In this document: piece by piece, positions 56,204 through 64,000 of the stretch | Numbering within the stretch: position 1 is the first letter of the stretch | How the letters are laid out: the number at the start of each line of letters is the position of its first letter | Assembly (NCBI GenBank): GCA_037143335.1 | Contig: JBAWZA010000010.1 | Span: forward strand, 25,326-89,325 | Source of the DNA: a bacterium | Lineage (GTDB): Bacteria > Bacteroidota > Ignavibacteria > Palsa-1295 | Direction of reading: 5' to 3' | DNA: 64,000 nucleotides | Position numbers and translations under genes: made by a program | Notes under the pieces: generated by a model | The model's database searches: none | The model's input: only the letters and a program-made list of their open reading frames with translations | Told to the model about the DNA's origin: nothing

Positions 56204-58396
56204 TTAGCTAATTCTGGGTTCGTTCGGAGTTGCGGGATTTGCGAAATCCCATGCCCGAACTGCCCTCAACTCCTCATAGGTATAGCTCTCGCCAAGGTTT
56301 TGCTTTATAGGCGCAAGGGTTGCCGTGCCTAAACTCCGAAAAGCGGCTTGAATCCGTGGGATCTTCTCCGCCTGGACAAAGCGCGTGATGTCCGAAATTT
56401 CCCCTGAGGCGATGTGTGCTTCCAGATGGATAATCACTGTTGAGAGTGTCAGTCCTCTTGATTCAGCTATATCTACCGGAGACTGACCTTGTCTAAAGAG
56501 CCGAAGGGTAGCCGAGGAAGTTATCGCTGGTTTCGGTGGAATGTAGTCGGCAACAACAGTCTTTCGAGGGAGTGCTTGGTGCTCCCTCAAGTACGCGTGA
56601 ATCTCTTCTATAAATAACTTTCCGTATTTTTTAGACTTGGATTCACTAACTCCTAAAACCTTTATGAATTCACTCGGCGTCTTCGGCAGACGATTTGTCA
56701 TATCCCTCAGCGATGAGTCGTTGAAGATCATATATGGAGCTAATCCAGATTTATCTGCGATATTTTTTCTGAGGACTCTCAATTTCTCGAATAGCCTGAT
56801 GCGACTTGCGTCTTCCTCGTTTCCGGCTCCATTATGCGAGGCGACCTCGGAACCAGCACGAGAACTCTGTGCTCTGACAGGAATGCTACTCATCTGAAAT
56901 GTTCGCTCGCCTTTCATTATCTCCCAAGCAAGAGGAGTGAGTTTGAGGACATTGTAATTATCCGCATCTTGGGTTAGGTACTTTGATCCTAAAAGATCAT
57001 GAGCTAATGCCTGCCAGAACTTGACCTTTTTATCTTTGCCGATTCCGTAAGTCGAGAGATCGTGATGTCTGTTGCTTAGGATTCTCTGATCTTCTGATCC
57101 ACGTAAGACATCAATCACATATTTTATTCCAAAACGCTGATCAACTCTCGCAACGCAAGAAAGAAACATCTGAGCATCGCGCGTTGCGTCAGTTTTGACT
57201 TCGGAATTGCTTCGAGTGCAAATGTCACAGTTTCCGCAGTTGTCTTTTTGGTAATACTCTCCGAAGTACTTGAGAATTATTCGCCTCCTGCAGGTTTGTG
57301 CTTGAGCGAAATCCATCATGTTGGAGAGCTCTTGCCTTGCATGTTTCAACTCACTCTCGCTTCGAATCTCACTGAAGAAATACTCGATTTTGCGTTTGTC
57401 ACCATAGTTATAAAAGAGCAGGCAATCCGATTGTTCGCCGTCTCTTCCAGCTCTACCGGTTTCTTGGTAATATCCCGCCAATGATTTTGGTAGATCATAG
57501 TGGATGACAAATCTGACGTTGGATTTATCAATGCCCATACCAAAGGCAATGGTGGCGCAGATGATATCAATTTTATCTTTTACAAATTTTTCTTGAGTTG
57601 TTGATCTGGTCTCAGCGCTCAATCCTGCGTGATAGGCAAGTGCCTTAAATCCCTCACCTCGCAGCTTTTCAGCGACGGCCTCAGTGCCTTTCTGGCTGAA
57701 GCAATAAATAATACCTGCTTCGGATTGATGGTCTTTGAGGAAGTGGAGGAGCTGTGGAAATTGCTTATCCTTCATCAAGGCGGCGTAGCGGAGATTCGGA
57801 CGATCAAAACTTGCCTTAAAGAATAACGACTCTTTTCCGAAATGCAACTGGGTGACTATATCTTGCTGTACTCGCTCGGTGGCTGATGCGGTCATCGCGA
57901 GTTGGGGAATTCCTGGAAATTTTGTTTTTAGAATGCGAAGCTGTCGGTAGTCCGAACGGAAATCATGTCCCCACTCCGAGATACAGTGTGCCTCGTCAAT
58001 AGCAAACAGCGAGATTTCGATTCCTTGGAGGAATTCAAGAAAAGAGGGCATCATCAAACGCTCAGGAGCTACGTAGAGTAATTTGATTTTGCCTCTGCGT
58101 ATTGCATTCATTCGTTCATCAACATCACCAGCGAAGAGTGAGCTATTGATGAACGTCGCCGGTATTCCGCTTTCTATTAGCCCATCTACTTGGTCTTTCA
58201 TTAGTGCGATGAGTGGGCTTACGACGATGGTCAAGCCTTTCATCATCAACGCCGGTAGTTGGAAGCAAAGCGATTTACCACCGCCTGTGGGCATAAGTAC
58301 GAACGTATCTTTTTTTGCGAGGACACCTTCAATGATTTCGCGTTGGAGGGGGCGAAACGTTGAGTATCCAAAATATTTTTGAAGTAAATCTTCCAT
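56204..58396 (-). CDS. recQ: ATP-dependent DNA helicase RecQ
   Basis: FGYSTFRPLQREII...LMPTGGGKSLCFQLPAL. DEAH motif. RQC region. Two HRDC-like regions. 730 aa. Confidence 0.9.
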   Translation of the reverse strand: MEDLLQKYFGYSTFRPLQREIIEGVLAKKDTFVLMPTGGGKSLCFQLPALMMKGLTIVVSPLIALMKDQVDGLIESGIPATFINSSLFAGDVDERMNAIRRGKIKLLYVAPERLMMPSFLEFLQGIEISLFAIDEAHCISEWGHDFRSDYRQLRILKTKFPGIPQLAMTASATERVQQDIVTQLHFGKESLFFKASFDRPNLRYAALMKDKQFPQLLHFLKDHQSEAGIIYCFSQKGTEAVAEKLRGEGFKALAYHAGLSAETRSTTQEKFVKDKIDIICATIAFGMGIDKSNVRFVIHYDLPKSLAGYYQETGRAGRDGEQSDCLLFYNYGDKRKIEYFFSEIRSESELKHARQELSNMMDFAQAQTCRRRIILKYFGEYYQKDNCGNCDICTRSNSEVKTDATRDAQMFLSCVARVDQRFGIKYVIDVLRGSEDQRILSNRHHDLSTYGIGKDKKVKFWQALAHDLLGSKYLTQDADNYNVLKLTPLAWEIMKGERTFQMSSIPVRAQSSRAGSEVASHNGAGNEEDASRIRLFEKLRVLRKNIADKSGLAPYMIFNDSSLRDMTNRLPKTPSEFIKVLGVSESKSKKYGKLFIEEIHAYLREHQALPRKTVVADYIPPKPAITSSATLRLFRQGQSPVDIAESRGLTLSTVIIHLEAHIASGEISDITRFVQAEKIPRIQAAFRSLGTATLAPIKQNLGESYTYEELRAVRAWDFANPATPNEPRIS

Positions 58397-58466
58397 ACAA
58401 TTTTTTTGATTCGGGCGATACCATTTTGGAGGGATTGCTTTATCATACCCTCTTCGTTATATAGTT

Positions 58467-60227
58467 ATGCGCCCGAATGCAAACACGCGAAAGCTCATTC
58501 CTGTTTTTTTTCTCCTTCTTGGTGTTGGGTTTCCTTCGCAATCTTATGCGCAATGGATAAATGTTTTTTCTTTCCCAACCGTAGCACGCTCCATTCATTT
58601 CTTGAATGAACTCGGCCACCCCGAGATCGGATTCGCTGGGTTAAATGATGGTTCAATCTGGAGAACGATGGATCAAGGCGGGACTTGGAAACGGATGTTT
58701 GTTGAACCCGGAGGATTAAGTATTACTGATATAACATTCAAAGATCGGCTCACGGGTTGGTATTGTACTGCTCCGTACCTTACACAGAACGGAGCCTCAA
58801 CTGTGCGTCGAACAACTGATGGCGGATTGACGTGGAATAATATTTTTACAGAGTTCGCTCAAGGATTTACTGCAATTTATTATCACAGACCTGGGAGGAT
58901 TTTGTTCCTCTCGGAGTGGGGTAGGGGAGGATTTAGTTCAGGTGACGATGGGGATACTTTTACTCTATTTACTACCCAATTTCCTCTGAATGGCTATGCC
59001 TTTACCGACGCGTCGAATGGGATTCTTTCGTTTGCGGGAGGGTCGCAGTTTAATCTGTATAATACATCTGATGGCGGCGGTAATTGGAACATACTCTTTA
59101 CTGGGTATAACTGTTGGCAACCAGCATCAAAACCAGGGACTCCCACTTTCTTCATGTTTAGCGAATATACTTCTACGCTCTATCGGAATGAAGGCTCAGG
59201 ATTGCCGTGGAGTACGATTAGTACTATCGGTTCCGGGAAAAGTTACGATTTTACCGGCTGTTTGCGTGTAAGTGGATGCACTGGGGAGTTGTATGTTCAA
59301 TCTGCGGTCAAACCCGACGGCCTATACTCCTCTGCCGACGACGGCCAAACGTGGCAGGCAATCGGCGGACCAACAGGAGAAGTTGACTCTCGATTTTGGA
59401 TAGATGGTGCGGATGTTATTGCCGCAGGTTTGGACGGAAAGATATGGGTACTTCATAATGCCTTAGATACGATTCGTCTATCGCCGCAATTGACTGATGA
59501 TAAATTTCACAGCACACTGAAATTGGGGTGTGGGCATGATACGACGATTGCGTTTTCGTTCGAGAACGATATTCCTATATCTGCAGGACTCGACTCCTTT
59601 GCTTTTGATCTATCCTTCAACTCCGATGCAGTGGAGATTACGGATGCTCAATGGACGAGCGGATGGGGCATGACTTTTCAAAAGATTAGTAACGGACTCT
59701 TCCACGTCGTACTAAAAAATTCACTCCACAAAGAAGCATTACCAAAACAATTGCTGTCTCAATTTTTGATTAAGACATTTCTGAATCGAGATACTGATGT
59801 CACAATATCGTTGTTAAACCCAATGCCGTTCCTGAATCCTACGAGCAACGGAGGCTGTAGTTTTATTGAATTGCCGCCAGTGATTCAGAATGCTACTTCA
59901 AGTGTGCGGATTCAAACACTTGATAGTTGCGGTGATAAAACAATCCGCGATTTCATGAACAATGTGCCCGCGAAATTCCGCATACTAGGAATCTACCCGA
60001 ATCCTGTTAAAGATGAATTGCGAGTTGATATTGAAACTGTATCGTCAATGGTTGGGACGATAACAATCACCGATGAGCTGGGTGTTAGACGTTTCAAATC
60101 AGAGAATAATTTTCAAGGAAAGACCTCGCTGAATGTTCCAATTACATCACTTCCATCGGGCTGTTATCACCTCATCATTAAGTCTGAGGGTACAACTGCA
60201 GAATCGGATTTTATAAAAATCCATTAA
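58467..60227 (+). CDS. secreted BNR/Ycf48-like beta-propeller protein with T9SS CTD (third paralog)
   Basis: MDQGGTWKR, TTDGGLTWNN, TSDGGGNWN, ADDGQTWQA. C-terminal GCYHLIIKSEGTTAESDFIKIH. Confidence 0.55.
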   Translation: MRPNANTRKLIPVFFLLLGVGFPSQSYAQWINVFSFPTVARSIHFLNELGHPEIGFAGLNDGSIWRTMDQGGTWKRMFVEPGGLSITDITFKDRLTGWYCTAPYLTQNGASTVRRTTDGGLTWNNIFTEFAQGFTAIYYHRPGRILFLSEWGRGGFSSGDDGDTFTLFTTQFPLNGYAFTDASNGILSFAGGSQFNLYNTSDGGGNWNILFTGYNCWQPASKPGTPTFFMFSEYTSTLYRNEGSGLPWSTISTIGSGKSYDFTGCLRVSGCTGELYVQSAVKPDGLYSSADDGQTWQAIGGPTGEVDSRFWIDGADVIAAGLDGKIWVLHNALDTIRLSPQLTDDKFHSTLKLGCGHDTTIAFSFENDIPISAGLDSFAFDLSFNSDAVEITDAQWTSGWGMTFQKISNGLFHVVLKNSLHKEALPKQLLSQFLIKTFLNRDTDVTISLLNPMPFLNPTSNGGCSFIELPPVIQNATSSVRIQTLDSCGDKTIRDFMNNVPAKFRILGIYPNPVKDELRVDIETVSSMVGTITITDELGVRRFKSENNFQGKTSLNVPITSLPSGCYHLIIKSEGTTAESDFIKIH

Positions 60228-60261
60228 AATTTTACTTCATTACCTAAACAATCCCGTAGAA

Positions 60262-61971
60262 TTGCAGAGCATGAACGTTAATTCCAAGCTAAAGCGAAGG
60301 TCATTGCTGATTCTATCGGGAGTACTCCTCGGTCTTTCTTTCCCTCCCTTTGGGTTACTTGGCGGGTTTTGTGCTTTCTTTGCACTCGTTCCGTTACTGA
60401 TTGCGCTCGAAGATACCGTCCGCTTACGTAATGCATTCACTCGCGCTTATCTTGCGATGTTCGTGCTCACGTTGATTGCAACGTATTGGGTTGGTGGCTC
60501 CAACGCTGGCGGGCATGTTGATCCTTTTTTAATGATCGCGGGTATTACATTAGATTTTTTGCATCCGTTATTTCTGCTGCTTCCAATTCTACTTTATGAC
60601 GCCACTCGGAGAAGATTCGGAAATCTTGCTGGCCTGGTAGCATTCCCGATCATCTGGTTAGGATTTGAATTTTGGCACTCCAATGGTGATTTTTCTTTCC
60701 CGTGGTTATCTCTATATAATACACAGACTTATAACCTGTACTTCATACAATTTATTGATATAACAGGGTCTTTCGGTATCTCGCTCCTGGTATTGTTTGT
60801 GAATATGCTACTGTATTTGTTACTACGATTCGAAAGGGTTACCGGTAAGCCCCTCTCTGCTTTTGCTCAAGCGATCGGATTTCGGAAGTACCTTAAGATT
60901 CAGTTTCTTTCTGCTATCGCACTTTTGTTCATCTTACCATATCTCTATGGTTTGATAAAGCTCGGCGCCACCGATACATATGCGAGGAAGATCACCATCA
61001 CAATTATTCAACCCAATATCAATCCTTGGGACAAATGGTCGTTGGGTACAAACCAGGTAACAGATTCAATGTTTCATGCGAGCAAAACTGCACTTGCGAA
61101 GACTTCAATTCATTCAGATTTGCTTCTTTGGCCAGAGACAGCAATAACTTACCCAATCACCTTGCCATGGAAGTCAGGTGATCTTAATAGTGTGTTCCAT
61201 TTTATTTCCGAAATCGGCGTGCCGATACTCACTGGGATTCCGGATAGGGAAGAGTACCAAAAAGGTCGTGACGTTATTCCCAAGGACGCAAAAATGATGA
61301 AAGACTCACTTTCATTTCATCGCGACTGGAATTCGGCGATGCTATTTAGTTTTAACTTGGATGGAAAACCCTCGTATCAACGGTATCACAAACAAAAGCT
61401 TGTACCGTTCGGTGAGCGAGTACCGTTTGTAGATGATATTCCCATACTCGGTGATTTAATTGGATGGAGCGTTGGCATTGGAAGTTGGAATACGGGTGAG
61501 GGGTATGATTACTTCAAACTACCGTTCAAAGGCTCACTCGTTACCGCTCCAGACACCGCTCGGATTTGTACGATGATATGCTATGAGTCGGTTTATCCAT
61601 CATTCGTTCGGGAATTTACAAATCGTGGTGCAGAGCTCATCACAATCGTAACCAATGATGGTTGGTATGGCAAGAGTTCTGGTCCCATCCAACATAGCCA
61701 ATTTGCCGTTCTGCGCGCAGTAGAAAACAGGAGATGGGTGGTGCGCTCAGCAAACACAGGAATCTCATCTGTGATTGATGACAAAGGCAGATTTATTCGT
61801 GAGACTAATTGCATGGAAAGCGCATCCGTCACACAATCAGTCCCACTCCTGAGCGAACGAACAATCTATGCACGACTCGGAGATTTTATTGCTATCCCAT
61901 GTGAATGGGGAAGTTGTGTGCTGCTCCTTGGATTAGTGGCAATGCGTATCGTACAACGAAAGAAGAAATAG
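60262..61971 (+). CDS. lnt: apolipoprotein N-acyltransferase
   Basis: N-terminal TM helices plus a CN-hydrolase domain (ICYESVYP...VTNDGWYG). Confidence 0.8.
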   Translation: MQSMNVNSKLKRRSLLILSGVLLGLSFPPFGLLGGFCAFFALVPLLIALEDTVRLRNAFTRAYLAMFVLTLIATYWVGGSNAGGHVDPFLMIAGITLDFLHPLFLLLPILLYDATRRRFGNLAGLVAFPIIWLGFEFWHSNGDFSFPWLSLYNTQTYNLYFIQFIDITGSFGISLLVLFVNMLLYLLLRFERVTGKPLSAFAQAIGFRKYLKIQFLSAIALLFILPYLYGLIKLGATDTYARKITITIIQPNINPWDKWSLGTNQVTDSMFHASKTALAKTSIHSDLLLWPETAITYPITLPWKSGDLNSVFHFISEIGVPILTGIPDREEYQKGRDVIPKDAKMMKDSLSFHRDWNSAMLFSFNLDGKPSYQRYHKQKLVPFGERVPFVDDIPILGDLIGWSVGIGSWNTGEGYDYFKLPFKGSLVTAPDTARICTMICYESVYPSFVREFTNRGAELITIVTNDGWYGKSSGPIQHSQFAVLRAVENRRWVVRSANTGISSVIDDKGRFIRETNCMESASVTQSVPLLSERTIYARLGDFIAIPCEWGSCVLLLGLVAMRIVQRKKK

Positions 61972-62054
61972 GGAGCTAAGTTCTCAGCTCTGCTGTTTCC
62001 TTGATACTATTACTGTTGTGTTTTTATATACTTCTATTATTATATCGTACTATT

Positions 62055-63095
62055 ATGATTGTTGAGCAAAAGAAAAAAACTACACTGGAGAACATCTCTT
62101 ACGATCCTATCTACAAAAATGCCGCTCGCAATGCAATTGATATTTGCCTGAACGTACAAAAAGGCGAACGTGCGACAATTATCACAGATCTTGAAACCCT
62201 CCAAATCGCCGCAAGTCTTTACGATGAATTAGATCATATCGGCGCGAATGTGCATACATTCGTAGTCGAGGATTACTCTGAACGCCCGATGCTCCATATG
62301 CCTTCCGAGATTCTTGCTGATCTCGAAAAATCAGATGTGACTATCTATTGCATGCAGGGTCAGGAAAATGAATTGCAAACTCGCAAAGAGATGATGGGTG
62401 TGATCAACCGCATCAAGCCTCGGCATGCTCACATGGTGAATATCAATCACGAGATCATGGCTGAGGGTATGCAAGCGGATTTCCTTGCTGTTGATGCCAT
62501 CAGTAAAAAAGTATGGGAGCTTGCGAAGCAGGCTAAAAAAATCACGGCAATTTCACCAGCGGGCACGCACATCGAAGCAACTTTTTCACCAGAGTTGAAG
62601 TGGCTTAAGACAAGTGGCATTATCTCGCGTGATAAATGGGGCAATCTCCCCGGGGGCGAAGTGCTCACATGTCCAGCCGATGTGAACGGAGTGTATGTTG
62701 TTGATGGAGTCGTCGGAGATTATCTCTGTGCAAAGTATGGCGATCTCAAAAATACTCCACTAACTATTCATGTCACAAACTCTCGTATCACGAAGTGCGA
62801 GTGTTCAAACCAAGAATTGCTCGAAGAATTTTTGGAATACACACACCGCGATGAAAACTCTGACCGCGTTGGCGAATTTGCCATCGGAACAAATATTGGC
62901 GTTAAAGATATTCGCGGCTTAATCCTACAAGATGAAAAGATCCCCGGCTGCCACATAGCATTCGGTTACCCCTACTGCGAACACACTGGAGCGAAGTGGT
63001 ATTCCGAAACACATATCGATGTTGTAGGCAGAGCCTTCGATATTTGGATTGATGACTTGAAAATCATGGAGGCGGGAAAGTTCTTGATCGGGTAG
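62055..63095 (+). CDS. aminopeptidase, M29 (AmpS/thermophilic metalloprotease)-like
   Basis: About 346 aa from MIVEQKK. GEFAIGTN and HIDV motifs. ORF-track start 62001 adds a spurious hydrophobic leader. Confidence 0.45.
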   Translation: MIVEQKKKTTLENISYDPIYKNAARNAIDICLNVQKGERATIITDLETLQIAASLYDELDHIGANVHTFVVEDYSERPMLHMPSEILADLEKSDVTIYCMQGQENELQTRKEMMGVINRIKPRHAHMVNINHEIMAEGMQADFLAVDAISKKVWELAKQAKKITAISPAGTHIEATFSPELKWLKTSGIISRDKWGNLPGGEVLTCPADVNGVYVVDGVVGDYLCAKYGDLKNTPLTIHVTNSRITKCECSNQELLEEFLEYTHRDENSDRVGEFAIGTNIGVKDIRGLILQDEKIPGCHIAFGYPYCEHTGAKWYSETHIDVVGRAFDIWIDDLKIMEAGKFLIG

Positions 63096-63162
63096 TGCCG
63101 AGATTTTTTGTGGTTCGTGAGAATTCTTCAATTACAATATATACAAATGAGACTCTCATGGA

Positions 63163-64000
63163 ATGTCTCTACCTCTTCCACTGTTTAGATGGCCTCACAA
63201 TGTAACTGTCATACGTTTCGTGAAAGAAAAAACTGAACTTAGTCTGACTATCTCACAAGGTGGGGATAGCGAATATCAGGTTTCTTGTCTTACATGCTCT
63301 CGAAGCCCGCATAACAATGCGAAGCCCGAACTTGATAAGCCCAAATCCAACTGCGGAGTTGTTGGTGTCTTCAACCATCCCGAAGCCTCGGTCATAGCCT
63401 ATTACGCACTCCATTCGTTACAACACCGCGGCCAGGAAGCTGCTGGGATAATTGCTGCCAAATGGGAAGGCAACAGCGGCAAGAAACGTAAATTCTCTGT
63501 TCATAAAGATCATGGCCTTGTCCTGAGTATTTTCGCGGATTCAAAAATTCTTACTGATACGCTTGCAGGGGATTCCGCAATAGGACATAACCGCTACTCC
63601 ACCACTGGAGCGAGTGGGAAGACAGAAAATATTCAGCCTTTCTATATGAATTACCGAAGCGGTAATTTTGGATTAGCGCATAACGGAAACCTCACAAACA
63701 CCCATACACTTCGCGAGACACTCAAGACTCAAGGTACCATTTTTCAGACCACGACTGATAGTGAGATTATTCTTCACCTTGTAGCGCGTTCACAACAAAC
63801 TGATCAAATTGAACAGATCCGCGATGCCCTCCGCCAGACACTCGGCGCATATTCATTGGCGCTTTTGACAGATACTGCTCTTATCGCCGCTCGAGACCCG
63901 CATGGTGTGCGTCCGCTTGCAATCGGAAGAATTAAGCGTAACGACGGCGAGTGGTCATATATGGTAGCAAGTGAGACGTGTGCGTTTGATATCGTAAATG
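63163..64000 (+). CDS. purF: amidophosphoribosyltransferase, 5-prime part (runs off window)
   Basis: Ntn-hydrolase core CGVVGVF...LHSLQHRGQEAAGI...GHNRYSTTG. The first in-frame ATG at 63163 gives an unusually long pre-Cys leader of about 55 aa. Confidence 0.75.
   Translation, partial: MSLPLPLFRWPHNVTVIRFVKEKTELSLTISQGGDSEYQVSCLTCSRSPHNNAKPELDKPKSNCGVVGVFNHPEASVIAYYALHSLQHRGQEAAGIIAAKWEGNSGKKRKFSVHKDHGLVLSIFADSKILTDTLAGDSAIGHNRYSTTGASGKTENIQPFYMNYRSGNFGLAHNGNLTNTHTLRETLKTQGTIFQTTTDSEIILHLVARSQQTDQIEQIRDALRQTLGAYSLALLTDTALIAARDPHGVRPLAIGRIKRNDGEWSYMVASETCAFDIVN

Noticed and set aside
62001-62054. Hydrophobic 18-aa leader (MILLLLCFYILLLLYRTI) on the aminopeptidase
   Set aside because: M29 aminopeptidases are cytoplasmic. 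The leader comes from AT-rich intergenic sequence read in frame. The second Met (MIVEQKK) is the likely start.

Overview
This 64 kb window has about 45 % GC and looks like chromosomal DNA from an FCB-group bacterium (Bacteroidota/Ignavibacteriota-like). Three things point that way: many secreted proteins end in a type-IX-secretion (T9SS) C-terminal sorting domain, KorA is the fused 2-oxoglutarate:ferredoxin oxidoreductase form, and regulators carry lysine/alanine-rich tails. Most of the window is core housekeeping: mtaB, xth, fur plus an FTR1 iron permease, korA, a GH57 branching enzyme, groES-groEL preceded by a perfect CIRCE operator, miaB, murA, ileS, an MFS transporter, rluD, lspA, a DksA-like protein, tryptophan 2,3-dioxygenase, lysine aminotransferase, ispE, rsfS, recQ, lnt, an M29-type aminopeptidase, the purF 5-prime part, tRNA-Asn(GTT) and tRNA-Lys(TTT). 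Several accessory features are interspersed. (1) A tightly coupled five-gene minus-strand operon at the left edge encodes two CxxCH (planctomycete-type cytochrome c-like) lipoproteins, an OB-fold protein, YceI and a beta-barrel-like outer-membrane protein. (2) An AT-rich islet lies just downstream of tRNA-Asn. It holds an orphan DUF5615/PIN-like gene and an HNH-motif protein with an unknown 150-aa C-terminal domain. This is my best candidate for an undescribed defence-type module. (3) A roughly 35-bp GC-rich palindromic REP-like element is present in three copies around the groESL locus. (4) A 108-bp inverted repeat built from helically phased CTCCGTG heptamers lies at the 3-prime end of miaB, and a half-copy of it sits upstream of miaB. 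(5) A 7-kb block of four T9SS/secreted cargo genes lies next to an XRE regulator. One of the four is a Gly/Thr/Ala-rich beta-helix-like protein and one is a protein with about 35 cysteines. (6) A BNR/Ycf48-like beta-propeller + Ig-like + T9SS CTD protein family is present in three copies. No CRISPR array, transposase or integrase was seen. Protein calls rest on motif recognition by eye and on no database search; starts are approximate where noted.
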